Notes: a model not told the origin generated them from the sequence alone. A stretch of DNA of 64,000 bases from a virus (IMGVR_UViG_2870282538_000006:29068-93067); one strand, 5' to 3'. Shown: positions 9,330 to 19,960, counted from the first letter of the stretch. Numbers and translations are program-made.

Positions 9330-10037
9330 TTATTGTTGTGGAAAGTTTCCAGGAAAACCTCCATTTGGTGCTCCAACTCCCGCCGGCGCTCCAAATCCTC
9401 CTGGCGGGTTTGGTGGAAATCCGTTTTGTGGAGTTCCATTTTGTGGCGGAGCTGGTGTGAATCCTTGCGGCTGCCCCTGAGGTTGCCCTTGAGGCGGTTG
9501 TGGTGGGAAACCACCTTGCGGCTGTCCTTGAGGTGGTTGTTGATATCCACCATTATTAAACTGGCCAGTAGGCTGCTGATGCCCTCCGCCTTGGCTTTGT
9601 TGTTGATTAGATCCACCATCAAGACCCACTATCTTTGATACTTTGATCGTTGGGTAATAACTGTAGCTGCCATCCTTTTTTGTTTGCCGTAATTCGGGAA
9701 CACCTTCAATAAACACTTTACGACCTTTTCCGCAGTGGTTTACCAAATAGTTATGTTTACTGTCTTGTCCTTCATTTCCCCAAACTTCAATAAACCAAAA
9801 ATCAGTTTTATCGCTAGTGTGATTTACTGCAATTGAAGAAGAAGCAACTTTAGAATTGTTGATTACTTTTGACTCTGGATCTTTCGTAATACGTCCAATA
9901 AGCTGAATTTTCACGTGATTATCGTATCCTGAATTATTATAACCATTTTGATTGCCTTGGTTGTTATTTGGTTGAAATCCACCTTGAGGTTGTTGTTGAA
10001 ATCCACCTTGATTTGCGTATGGGTTATTCATAGCCAT
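9330..10037 (-). CDS. ssb: single-stranded DNA-binding protein with Q/P/G-rich tails
   Basis: LIGRITKDPE...SIAVN...TDFWFIEVWG...GKGRKVFIEG OB fold. Confidence 0.92.
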   Translation of the reverse strand: MAMNNPYANQGGFQQQPQGGFQPNNNQGNQNGYNNSGYDNHVKIQLIGRITKDPESKVINNSKVASSSIAVNHTSDKTDFWFIEVWGNEGQDSKHNYLVNHCGKGRKVFIEGVPELRQTKKDGSYSYYPTIKVSKIVGLDGGSNQQQSQGGGHQQPTGQFNNGGYQQPPQGQPQGGFPPQPPQGQPQGQPQGFTPAPPQNGTPQNGFPPNPPGGFGAPAGVGAPNGGFPGNFPQQ

Positions 10038-10100
10038 ATTTGTTTCCTCCTAGTTTTGTAAATGTGCTTTCTTTCAAAGTGCCCCGGATGGGGCGGGCCT

Positions 10101-10298
10101 TTAAGCATAATCTAACAGATAAAAAATAGCTTTTTCTGCTCTTTGAATCTCTTTCACTTTTAAAATATGAATATTTTCATTACCTGAAAGGTGAACTTGA
10201 AGGCACTCGCCTTCTTTTATTTCTCGATTGGTAGGATACAAAAAGTCATGCTCACTTCCGTCTGGGAAGACTAAAACATTTCTCATTGATCTCCACAC
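10101..10298 (-). CDS. hypothetical protein
   Basis: ORF. Confidence 0.6.
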   Translation of the reverse strand: MWRSMRNVLVFPDGSEHDFLYPTNREIKEGECLQVHLSGNENIHILKVKEIQRAEKAIFYLLDYA

Positions 10299-10642
10299 TC
10301 GTCATTTGGAATACATTTCAAAGAATATGCGAACACTGAAACATCTTTCTTTACTTCGCCTTTGATCGACCTTGAAACGATATTAACAAACCCTTCAAAA
10401 AACACATAATTGCCTTGTACAACAAGATCTTTGAACTCTGTCATAAAAGCTTCAGATACAAGAACATTCAGTGTTCCAATTGAATCATCTATCGTTACAA
10501 TATAAGTTGAATTCTCTTTATTGAATGGAGGTGTAATATTAATTATTTTCCCACCAACAGTGACATGCTCTTCATGAGCTGCATTTAACCGCACTTCTTC
10601 TGATAAGTGAGTAGTGTGTTTCTTGATGTCAGCCAGTTCCAT
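10283..10642 (-). CDS. stand-alone OB-fold resembling the C-terminal OB domain of DnaE
   Basis: VTVGGKI...VTIDDSIGTLNVLV...VFFEG. Confidence 0.65.
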   Translation of the reverse strand: MELADIKKHTTHLSEEVRLNAAHEEHVTVGGKIINITPPFNKENSTYIVTIDDSIGTLNVLVSEAFMTEFKDLVVQGNYVFFEGFVNIVSRSIKGEVKKDVSVFAYSLKCIPNDECGDQ

Positions 10643-10916
10643 TTCCTTTGCTTCCCTTCATCTTCAAATAATCATTATGCAGTTCTTTTACAAGATCGTT
10701 AACTTCACCAGAATGTATAATGCCTTTTGTGATTAATATTTTAAGCAAAGCATTGACCAGAAGATATGAAGTTTTGACTTCATTTTCGATACTTAAACTG
10801 ACGTTTGAAGTATCAGGTGGTGTTTGGCTGTTGGTATGAGGTTTCTCTCCCCCGACAATAAATTCTGAGAAATCAAAGCGATCGTCACTTCCTTCAGCAA
10901 TGGCCACTAGACTCAT
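10629..10916 (-). CDS. hypothetical protein
   Basis: ORF with SD. Confidence 0.6.
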   Translation of the reverse strand: MSLVAIAEGSDDRFDFSEFIVGGEKPHTNSQTPPDTSNVSLSIENEVKTSYLLVNALLKILITKGIIHSGEVNDLVKELHNDYLKMKGSKGNGTG

Positions 10917-10919
10917 CTC

Positions 10920-11213
10920 CTATTCGTTTAATATCTTGGCTTGTACAGTTTTAACTCCCATAGCAAGTGTCGCCTTTGGCACATAGTAATCAATATCATG
11001 CCCTTTAATAGCTGAGCCAGTATCATCAGCTCTTCGCTTTTCTGTGGAGCCGTCAGGCCACTTAATAAGCACCCACGTACCTAATGGAATCACATTGGGA
11101 TCAACAGCAATTGTGACGCCGGCTTGGGTAGGTCTTCCACTTGCTGTAATACCATACCCAGGATCTCCAGGATTCTTGCCAGTAGATTGCTCGTTATTAT
11201 CATAATAAGTCAA
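10920..11213 (-). CDS. 3D-domain (MltA-like) peptidoglycan hydrolase domain; probably reached by -1 frameshift from upstream ORF
   Basis: GITASG...TIAVDPNVIPLGT...ADDTGSAIKGHDIDYY; no SD before the TTG; frame open back to 11279. Confidence 0.88.
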   Translation of the reverse strand: MTYYDNNEQSTGKNPGDPGYGITASGRPTQAGVTIAVDPNVIPLGTWVLIKWPDGSTEKRRADDTGSAIKGHDIDYYVPKATLAMGVKTVQAKILNE

Positions 11214-11254
11214 TCTAAATTCTGACCAACCCGAGTTTGTTCCCTTACTTTTGG

Positions 11255-11647
11255 TTACGGGGTGCTTTTTTGCTTTTTTTCAAGATCTTTAACCTTTTCT
11301 TTCTGATGATCGACTTGCTTACGGAGTTTAGTAGTCTCCTCATTCAGTTTCTCGATTTCCATTTTAGATTGCTCTAATAGTCCTGATGACTTCTTCGCTT
11401 CATCTTTCAAGACAGTATTCTTGTCTCTTAATTTGATGATAGTGCCACGAAGTTCTCCATTTTCTACAAGCACGTCTTTGTACTTTGCGTTCAACTTAAT
11501 GTGAGACTCTTTATAGTCCTCTGAAAGTGAATTAAAATGAAGAGCTAGAGCAATGGAAGAAACAGTTGCAATACCTAGCCCAATGCTAGTAATCTTTCTG
11601 GTTTTCTTCTTCATGCTTTTACTCCTTTGTAGTATCCCCTGTATCAC
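11255..11647 (-). CDS. membrane-anchored coiled-coil protein (N-terminal part of frameshifted 3D protein; start probably MKKKTRK)
   Basis: Signal/TM segment then heptads; ends with GAA AAA AAG slippery site. Confidence 0.8.
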   Translation of the reverse strand: MIQGILQRSKSMKKKTRKITSIGLGIATVSSIALALHFNSLSEDYKESHIKLNAKYKDVLVENGELRGTIIKLRDKNTVLKDEAKKSSGLLEQSKMEIEKLNEETTKLRKQVDHQKEKVKDLEKKQKSTP

Positions 11648-11722
11648 TTTCTCCCCAAGTTTATCATGAATCTAAGTGACTTTGCAATGCATTACATTTA
11701 ATAATGTCCTTTTCTTATTTTC

Positions 11723-12913
11723 TTAGATGACAAGAATGAGCCTCTCACTTGATCTAGTAATAGCTGTATATAGCCATCTATGATGCATTTCAGGGTCTAA
11801 AACTTCACTAATGACCACAACCTTTTCCCACTGTGATCCTTGTGATTTGTGGCAAGTAATTGCATATCCAAAGTCAAATTGACTATAAATATTGTACTCG
11901 TGAGGAAGCAAATTATATTTTTTGCCCTCAAAATGGTCATTAACTAAGAACAACTTATCAAAAGTCTCTTCTGTGAAGTCCGGCTGAAAATCAATTGACA
12001 TTGCACTACGTTTGATTTCTTCATCATTAGGGATATCATATGAAATACATTTCACATAACCTGTCATTCCATTGACCAAATTAATATCTCTAATATTCTT
12101 GCTCCAGTTATTTCTCGTACAAATAAGCTTATCTCCCACTTGGGGGAGCTTATTTGTATGGCCAATATATTTGCGAATGTCTTTATTCAGAGATGTTCTG
12201 GTTTTATTATATCCACATATAATTTGATCAGCAGAAGTATAGCAGTTTTGTTTAATTGTCTCCCATTGGGTTCGACTAATAACTAGAGCTTCTTTATTTT
12301 CGCCATACCATCCATATGAAATTGGCTTTTTCGTTCTAGCCAACATTGAAAGATGAATAATTGGATTCCCTTCTGCCTGTCTATGGATCTCGGTTAAAAC
12401 AAAGTCTGGGTTATTGAACATCTCAAGAAATTCTTCATTTCCATTATTAGATACCGGCGGCAGCTGTCCTTGATCCCCGATAAAAAGAATCTTTTTATCA
12501 AAAGACTTTAGGTCCCGCATGATATTTCCATCAACCATTGAAGCTTCATCAACCACAATTAATTTGATATCTTTTAACTCATCTGGATCTTTTAGAACAA
12601 ACTGCATTTTTCCTTTTGAATCAAAGTCTAACTTGTAAATTAACCTGTGAAGCGTTACAGCTTTATACTTCCCTTTTGCTTTCTGAGTCAAAACAAGCGC
12701 TGCTTTCCCTGTGTAGCATGCAAATGCAACACTAGATTTCTTTATTCCCAATGTATTGATTACATAGTCAACTAAGGTTGACTTACCTGTACCGGCATAC
12801 CCAGCCAAAAAATAAGTCTGTTTCTTTCCTGACTTGTACCAGTCTTGAATAGACTTAACCGCGTCCATTTGCACCGGTGTTAAGTCTATTCTTTTTGCAG
12901 CAATAGTCGCCAT
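11723..12913 (-). CDS. SF1B RecD2/Dda-like DNA helicase
   Basis: GYAGTGKS, VDEASM, GDQGQLPPV, YAITCHKSQGS, LYTAITR. Confidence 0.93.
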   Translation of the reverse strand: MATIAAKRIDLTPVQMDAVKSIQDWYKSGKKQTYFLAGYAGTGKSTLVDYVINTLGIKKSSVAFACYTGKAALVLTQKAKGKYKAVTLHRLIYKLDFDSKGKMQFVLKDPDELKDIKLIVVDEASMVDGNIMRDLKSFDKKILFIGDQGQLPPVSNNGNEEFLEMFNNPDFVLTEIHRQAEGNPIIHLSMLARTKKPISYGWYGENKEALVISRTQWETIKQNCYTSADQIICGYNKTRTSLNKDIRKYIGHTNKLPQVGDKLICTRNNWSKNIRDINLVNGMTGYVKCISYDIPNDEEIKRSAMSIDFQPDFTEETFDKLFLVNDHFEGKKYNLLPHEYNIYSQFDFGYAITCHKSQGSQWEKVVVISEVLDPEMHHRWLYTAITRSSERLILVI

Positions 12914-12950
12914 TTTATCCTCCTATCAACAATCTGATCCCTTGCTTGTT

Positions 12951-13367
12951 TTATTCAATAATATAAAAGTCTCCATAGAGCAACTCATCCATAGTGATAG
13001 CTTCAATAAGGCCAATAGATGATAAGAGATTGGGTAAAAAGGCTTCACTCTTTTCAAATTGATTTGTATTGAATGGATGTTCTGATCCTTGATAAACCAC
13101 TTTTACCTTTTTCCCTGCCTTGTATGCCTCTAAAAAATCATTGAGAGATACTTTCTTCTGTGTTTCTTGAAGTTTAACTCTAGTCTTGAATAGTAGGTCA
13201 TGTGATACTGATAATGGCTCCCCACTACGTTTATTAATAAGATGTCCATCTTTGACTTTTAAAGTCATTCCATAATAATTATTGTCAGTTACTACGTTAA
13301 ATTCTTTCCCCTCATAGTCTTTTTCGAATAGATTGATTACTGGAATAAGTTCTTTATTGTTAGTCAT
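12951..13367 (-). CDS. hypothetical phage protein
   Basis: ORF with GGGAG SD. Confidence 0.65.
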   Translation of the reverse strand: MTNNKELIPVINLFEKDYEGKEFNVVTDNNYYGMTLKVKDGHLINKRSGEPLSVSHDLLFKTRVKLQETQKKVSLNDFLEAYKAGKKVKVVYQGSEHPFNTNQFEKSEAFLPNLLSSIGLIEAITMDELLYGDFYIIE

Positions 13368-13437
13368 TTTATTTATGTCTCCCTTATTAATAAATTGAAA
13401 TCACTATAACGCCCCGGATGGGGCTTACATGTAAAAG

Positions 13438-15140
13438 TTAATCGTATTGACGAACACGTTTCATAAGCTCTAGCTCAGAGTAATATTTACCTTGCTGAAA
13501 ATAAAGTTCTTTCAATTCCTTCTGAGCAACAGCTGCATTATCTTCTTTACTTTTAATTTTATTGCTGACTTCTTCAAGCTTTCTTTCTAGCCACTCAATC
13601 TGGCTAAGAGCTGCCTTTTCTTTCTTATTCTTTTTCACTTGGTTCATTCTGAAAAGATCCCCTCAAGCTTTGCGTTCTATGTTTTTATGACAAGAAAGTT
13701 GTTGGTCTTCTATTATTCCTCCTCCAATGCTTTCCTTGCTGTTTGCCCCTCGTCAAATTCAATAGGAGAAACTTTCTCATCTTTGAACTCCGGGTAATAG
13801 TTTGATTTATCCGCATAAAACTCAAGCGCATTTTTGTACTGTTCATCCTTTTTTCTTAACTGCCTGTTTTCTTGTTTCAATCGTTGGACCTCATCGAATA
13901 GACCACGATTGATTTCCTCTTGTGTCATTTTTCCCATTATTCCACTCCCTCCTTGTAATCATCATGGGTAGGCAAAAACAGTTTGATTTCAAAAATAGCC
14001 GGTTCTGATGGTTTATACGATTTTCGTTCTTCCATCAATTGCTTTAGTTCGAAAACAAATCCCAATGACCTTGCTTCCTCTATTTTTCTCATAGCATCAT
14101 CAAAATAATGCGTGAATACTGTTTTCACAAATCGTTTTTTCATTTCGCTGCCTCCACTTCGCATTTGGCACCTTTGAAAACAGGTTCGTAATGTTCGTTT
14201 GTATAATGTCCTCTCAATTCCCGGCCGACTTCAAGTTTGACCTTGCCGACATTATCAAACTTCTTTTCTAAATGGTTTTTGACTATTTGTTTCACCTCTT
14301 CAGGTGATAAAATCACTTGCATTTTCATTGATCTGTCGCCTCCTTATTGATCCGATTACTCCTTCTATCCGCAAACATCATTACTTGATATTCCCGCAAC
14401 TGCTTTTCAACAGTTTCCACAGGAACTAAAGGAAAAGCAGTCTTTTCCCACAAAATAAAGTCGCACTGCTTATCATTTGCATCAGGAAAATACTTTCTCA
14501 CTAAGTCAATCCACGTCATTCCGCCGCCTCCAATGATCAGGATTTCATTTTGTCTTTATCCCATAAACGTATACACATACCACACTAAATTTTAATGACC
14601 TTTTCTCCTTATCTCTCTCGCTGTTTTGGCAAGGCTACATTACTTGTATTCAAAAATAAATCCCTCTTCTTCTTTTGGAATTTGTGAGCATTCGTTTGTT
14701 TTCGGTTTAGAATTGACATATATGAACTCTTTATCCTCGCTTAAGATTTCATATTCCTTACCCTTTTTAAAAATGGGGTTACTATGTTCATTCTCAAAGA
14801 AAACATCTCTTTTAAAGACAACTAAATCCATTCTTTTCACCCTTTCATTTTCGCTTTATTATTTAACAGCTAACAGCGCCATCACTTTCCGATTTACGTC
14901 AGCTTTTTTATTCATTATCCCGCCGCTCCCTTATGCGTATCCTTTTGTATGTCTGTGCTTTTTCCATTCACCTTCAGGCCCGACATATCGGTAAATATAA
15001 CCGTTTAAAGCGAGTTCAATCCATACATCAATGATAATTGTTTTACCGTAAATTTTGGTTATCTGCTCTGCAATATCTCCCAAGGTCAGAAACGGCATTC
15101 CCTCATGATATTTAACCTCTAAATTATCTGGAGGATCCAT
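13438..15140 (-). CDS. run of small hypothetical phage ORFs (13438-13647, 13713-13937, 13937-14164, 14140-14328, 14325-14519, 14640-14840, 14931-15140)
   Basis: Co-oriented, partly overlapping 62-75 aa ORFs, several with SDs, typical of phage early regions. Confidence 0.6.
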
Positions 15141-15149
15141 TTTGTTTGC

Positions 15150-15620
15150 TCATTCCCCCACCTTTAATAGTTCAGGATTTCGGTATACGTCGCCGATGAC
15201 TTCCATCGAATAAAATTCATTGCTTTTGTATAATTCTTGAAGAGTTCCTTTGTGATCGGTTTGTATGCCGCGTTTGATACGAAGAACTCCATTATTTTTT
15301 TCAAGCCAGTAGTTGCGATAGATCTCTTTCATTTTAAAACCACTACCTTCAAAAACAATATGCATGAATCGTATATTTTCCCCCTCATCATAAAAGGAAA
15401 ACTTAGCAACATCCCTCTCATAAATCTCCCAGCCATCTTTGTCTTTTTCTCCGGCTCCCCACATGAGTGCAGCGTCTTTGTCATCGTTTGATACAACACA
15501 CCCGCCGCCAAATTCGTGCCATAAAAACCAACTTCCATCGTTTTTGATGGTTAGACTTATACCTTCATCATGCCAATAGTGCATCTGCTCTCCGTCCCAT
15601 ACTCTGTATGCTGTGTTCAT
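15150..15620 (-). CDS. yopX: YopX-family protein (start MNTAYRVWD)
   Basis: YRVWD...LMWG..KDKDG.EIYERD...EVIGDVYRNPELL. Confidence 0.88.
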   Translation of the reverse strand: MNTAYRVWDGEQMHYWHDEGISLTIKNDGSWFLWHEFGGGCVVSNDDKDAALMWGAGEKDKDGWEIYERDVAKFSFYDEGENIRFMHIVFEGSGFKMKEIYRNYWLEKNNGVLRIKRGIQTDHKGTLQELYKSNEFYSMEVIGDVYRNPELLKVGE

Positions 15621-15835
15621 TCCTGCACCTCTACATATAAAGCGACGTTTTGGTATTTCTCTTCGTGGATTACCCAATGACACACGTCGATAACTTTACA
15701 AATTGTTCGATCTCTATTGCCGCCGTCAATCCATAGCGTCTCACCGATTCGCGGAATTTTTTTTGTTAAAATTCCAGTTGTGAATGTTTCCTCATCCTTT
15801 GTCATGACCGAACAATATATAAAATCTGTGTTCAT
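15617..15835 (-). CDS. hypothetical protein (start MNTDF)
   Basis: ATGA overlaps at both ends. Confidence 0.6.
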   Translation of the reverse strand: MNTDFIYCSVMTKDEETFTTGILTKKIPRIGETLWIDGGNRDRTICKVIDVCHWVIHEEKYQNVALYVEVQE

Positions 15836-16097
15836 TTGTTCTCTTCCTCCCATCTGTCGATATAAGCGAATCCATCATGCGTTAACACACATCCGAAATA
15901 CGGAAGCCTTTCCTCTCCTGTCAGCTCTCTAACCATCGGATCGTATTTTCCCATATCGTCCAAATCCCAAATGAAATGTAAGAAGAAAGATCGAAATTCA
16001 ATATTTTCCCCGCAATTTTCGCATCTTCATAACTCCAAACCGTAGTTCCACCCGAACAGTCGTTCATAAAGTCAATATGTTTTTGCTCTAATCTCAT
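15832..16097 (-). pseudogene. frameshifted ~88-codon gene (MRLEQKHIDF...AYIDRWEEENK)
   Basis: Start and stop both overlap neighbours by ATGA; 266 nt, i.e. one base short of an intact frame; shift near 15985. Confidence 0.55.
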
Positions 16098-17012
16098 TTT
16101 TGAACATCCCTTTTTAACTCTGTAATCGTTTTGCTTGATTGAACGATTGATTCTTCACCATATTCAACTGTATTTAGATGAATTTTCGTTTTATCATAAT
16201 CTCCCTCATAAAGATGACCGATGAAAGCACAATTATCTACGCCTCTTCTAACCAACTCTTCTGCAATAACATCAAAAGCTTCTTGCAATGTGATTTCTTG
16301 TTTGAACCCTTTTTTCTTTTTGATCCTTACTGTTTTTGGTTTTCTCACTTCAGGTCCTCCAATAGCTCGGGATTTCGATAAATGTCTCCGTTTTTTGTAT
16401 GTAAAACTTCTTCACTCCAGATTAATCGCTAAAGTTCTCCACCCATATCGTGTACATACCAATATAAAAAGGCTTTTGCAGTCTCACCGTATTTAGCCCC
16501 TGTGTTTAAGTATGTAACCATATAAGATGTTATCTCTTCTATTTTATCTTCTGGTAAACCACTCTCTTGTACAGCTTGCTTAATTGCTTCAGTTATAAAT
16601 CCAGATTCCTGTTCCTTCACAGGATATCGCCTCCTAAACCTCTTATTTTCATCTCGTAACGCATAATCATGTAGACCCTTGCTGTTTCCCATAATGTCCG
16701 GTATTGTCGAAGTCGAAGTGATAGACTCTCTTCCTTTTTATTTTGCTTTATTGGTTTAATGCCCTTTAAAATTAGCTGATCAGCATTACATTTATCATAA
16801 ATAGAACTTAGAAATGGACTATTACGATGCAGCATCGCCACAGTATTTAGAAGATGTCTATCGTCCATATTTTTAGGGTAAATAAGCTCCCCTTCTTGTG
16901 TAATCCAGAAATCATTTTTACGACGGTTTCTGGGGTTTAAATATTCAGGAAAGGGTAAAGGTTCAGAAACCCCAATAGTGCTCCGATATAAATATTCCCC
17001 AACTAATTCCAT
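16094..17012 (-). CDS. three hypothetical phage ORFs (16094-16348, 16429-16692, 16617-17012)
   Basis: Co-oriented ORFs downstream of the operator pair at 17045/17084. Confidence 0.55.
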
Positions 17013-17173
17013 TGCGAACCTCCTATATAGTGTTCAACTCAAAATGTAATGCATTTCGTAACATCTGATCATTTATAAGAATACGTAATGCATTACAATA
17101 AATCAAGAGAAAAATAAAAAAAGCTTCTAGTTCCTCAAAAATCCTTGAGATTTTAACTAAAAGCTTTTAATGA

Positions 17174-17929
17174 TTAAATTTCTTTTATGTCAATAATGTC
17201 CTCAGGAAAAGCAATAACTTCTTGCTCCTTATTATTGATGAATGCTTTTATTTTATCTTTGTGTATCCTTCCTTGATATACGATACCATTTGAACTGAAG
17301 CGGCCGGCAAAAAAATCTGCTATATCTTTAGATAGAGTCCAAGAAAAAGCTTCGTTAACAGGAGTTGACTCAGGTGTTGCCCCTCTGTAGATAACATAGT
17401 AGCCATCTTTAGGCTTCTGTGGTGCGTTAGAAATGTCATAAGATTCATCTTTGGAACCATCGATAACCTCTCTAACTAGAGCAGCGTCATAACCGCTCTC
17501 GCTTTTCACATAGATCTCCAAAAAAGTGTTAGCTCTTTCTTCCTCTGGAATCATTGAACTTATCTTTTTATAAACATGGAAGAGAACCTTTTTATCTGTG
17601 TACCTTAAGACATCCTCCCACTTTTCAGATTCGTAAGCAGCTTGTACGAATGACAGCCGTACCTTAAAGCGATCCGCCTCAGAAAAGTCTCCCAATTTAG
17701 TTTCTAGAAAGGTTGTATCCAAGCTCATAAAAGGTTGATAGAACAAACCATCCCAATAGCAATAGCGATTAATAAGCCCTTCAGGATCATAAAATAAATG
17801 TTTTGGGCTTATTTCTAGAATCTCACAGATTGATACATACTTCGATTCCGTCTCTGCCTCCTCAATAGGGATTAATTTATTCTCATCAAGAGCAAAGTGT
17901 TCACCTTTAAAAATCTCAGAAATGTTCAT
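17174..17929 (-). CDS. ADP-ribosyltransferase-like protein (R-S-E type C-terminal domain)
   Basis: IYRG, FSWTL, EQEV motifs. Confidence 0.6.
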   Translation of the reverse strand: MNISEIFKGEHFALDENKLIPIEEAETESKYVSICEILEISPKHLFYDPEGLINRYCYWDGLFYQPFMSLDTTFLETKLGDFSEADRFKVRLSFVQAAYESEKWEDVLRYTDKKVLFHVYKKISSMIPEEERANTFLEIYVKSESGYDAALVREVIDGSKDESYDISNAPQKPKDGYYVIYRGATPESTPVNEAFSWTLSKDIADFFAGRFSSNGIVYQGRIHKDKIKAFINNKEQEVIAFPEDIIDIKEI

Positions 17930-18180
17930 TACACCCTTCCTTTCTGGATAAAGCTCCTTATATATAAATACTCTCCTGGTATTCGATTTATTAAAACTTA
18001 ATGGTCAATTGATCGTCAAAATATCCGTGTCCGTTGTTCCCCTTCTTTACCGATACTTCTTGAATCAGTATGAATATTATAAACTAATCCAGGTGTAGTA
18101 CGGGCTATATTGTTATTCATAATCGGAATAATGTTTCTACCTCTCATAGACAATCGTCTCCTATATAATGCGTTAGAGTT

Positions 18181-18696
18181 TTACCATTCCAATGCCTTAA
18201 GTTGTTTAAAAGATAAAGATAAAATATGGCCAGTTCGTTCATTCCTTATAACATAGGATTCTTCTGCTGATTCAATGAGTCTATCTTGGCCAATATTGTT
18301 TGGTGACTTCTTGATTTTTAACACTATTATCTTATCTCCTTGTCTAATCGCTCCTTTTGTGTGCATGTCTGCAACAGGATTTTTAGCTATAAAACAATAA
18401 CCTTGTTTCATGTATTACCCTCCAAATTTTATAGTCAACAAGTCATTGAGTTGATCTCTCGTTTTCCTAAAAAGTTTAATTTCCTCTCCTGTAGCTTCAC
18501 GTTGAATTGAATCTGCGACCCAATCGGTCAAATACAGTTCTTGTACTTCCTCATTGTTGATCCGTAGTGTTTGTGTTCTAACTATTGAATCGGTCATATA
18601 TGGGCTATTTGGTATCACCTTAATAATGTGCTTTTCTATGCCTCTATCTTTATTGGTGTATTCATGTGCATAATATTGTCCTACTTCGATTCTCAT
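18181..18696 (-). CDS. two hypothetical proteins (18181-18411, 18415-18696)
   Basis: ORFs with SDs directly downstream of the pistol ribozyme. Confidence 0.6.
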
Positions 18697-18740
18697 TGTT
18701 TATCATCTCCTTTCTCACTCTCTCCATTCTTTTATGTTAT

Positions 18741-18805
18741 TGCAACCTCCCCTAGAAGGGAAACGCTCTGGGCTTAATGCCTGTTTATAGTCGCCCAGAC
18801 GACTA
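18741..18805 (-). ncRNA. pistol self-cleaving ribozyme
   Basis: UAGUCG-UCUGGG-CGACUA-UAAACAG-GCA-UUAAG-CCCAGA-GCGU-UUCCC-UUCUA-GGGGA-G-GU-UGCA: P1, pseudoknot, AAA linker, GCGU, P3, GU cleavage site and P2 all present. Confidence 0.92.
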
Positions 18806-18862
18806 ATGAAACATCAAAAAGGAGTATCAAGTCCTTTAATACTCCTTTCGTATAGAGAGTGT

Positions 18863-19402
18863 TTATAGAGTGTTCCAGTTAAATTTCTTCAAGACATCCT
18901 TAATCGGAAATTCCTTTTTCTTGTTTCCGGTTCGTATAATCTCAATTGAATGATTCCTGATATGAAAATCTCCCTTATATGTAAAAGAAGTTGATGGCAA
19001 TTTCATGTAACGTTTAACATCCACACCTAATTGTAAGTCTCTATTAATAGAGGCACTATGAAACAAATCAAAAGACTCTTGTACGGTTAGATTTTCATAA
19101 GACCTACTGGTGTCTAGTTGCAGATTGATGTTGGGATTGGTTTCGTCCCAATCAGGATGCAGCTCACTTTCACTAATATCTATTTCGAAAACATAATAAT
19201 ATGGGGATTCTTTATCTTCCACGATAGTTGTGAGGTTGCCAAAATAAGCAGCAACTGAAAACATATTTGATACATATGTATAACCATCTGTCGTTTTCAT
19301 TTCCTCTATCAGATGATGAACTCTGTCAATTTCGTGCTTAATCGTTTTGTCTTCAAGTATTTTTTTGGCCCTGTGTTCTGATGTTCCATGATAGACTATC
19401 AT
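18863..19402 (-). CDS. ADP-ribosyltransferase-fold protein (H-type)
   Basis: N-terminal VYHGTS, GYTYVS, AAYFG, VFEID. Confidence 0.55.
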   Translation of the reverse strand: MIVYHGTSEHRAKKILEDKTIKHEIDRVHHLIEEMKTTDGYTYVSNMFSVAAYFGNLTTIVEDKESPYYYVFEIDISESELHPDWDETNPNINLQLDTSRSYENLTVQESFDLFHSASINRDLQLGVDVKRYMKLPSTSFTYKGDFHIRNHSIEIIRTGNKKKEFPIKDVLKKFNWNTL

Positions 19403-19415
19403 TGTTCGTCTCCTT

Positions 19416-19937
19416 TTACTCGCTTGGTACTTCCTGAAGATCTTTTTTTAATTCAATGGCTGATGAATTAAGAGATTGCAAAGATGATGTTATATCGTCC
19501 CGAGCGCTTGATTTTGATTTATCAAATGCCTCTGGTAACTTATCATATATGTTTTGAAAGTCAGAAACCATCGAATCATAATCATTACAAACTTCCGTAA
19601 ATCGATCAGAAGGACACGTCAAAGTTTCACTTGTTTTAATAATAGCGAAAATTGTAATAACAGTATCCTGCTTTGTTTTTTCGATCTCTTCACTACTACC
19701 TTTGGGATCATCTAAAATAACTAAGCCATCCAGGGCAGTTCCCATACTTTCAGTTAGTTGTTTGATACTTTCTCTGTAAACCTTTTCTTCTTTGTTTAAA
19801 GCCTGTTGTGTGTTTTCTTCTGTGCTTTCAATTTCTTGATCATCTGACGATTGACTGTCTTTACTTGTTTGGCTACATGCTGCTAAAGTGAGTAGACATG
19901 TTAATAGAATAAGGCAACTAAAGTGATGTCTTTTCAA
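19416..19937 (-). CDS. lipoprotein
   Basis: Basic N-terminus, hydrophobic core, LAAC lipobox. Confidence 0.85.
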   Translation of the reverse strand: MKRHHFSCLILLTCLLTLAACSQTSKDSQSSDDQEIESTEENTQQALNKEEKVYRESIKQLTESMGTALDGLVILDDPKGSSEEIEKTKQDTVITIFAIIKTSETLTCPSDRFTEVCNDYDSMVSDFQNIYDKLPEAFDKSKSSARDDITSSLQSLNSSAIELKKDLQEVPSE

Positions 19938-19960
19938 GTTTGTTCTCCTCTTCCAGTTTG

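Noticed and set aside
10081-10094. GGA hairpins as CsrA sites or intrinsic terminators
   Set aside because: The GGA loop is not on the mRNA strand and there is no U-tract after the stems.
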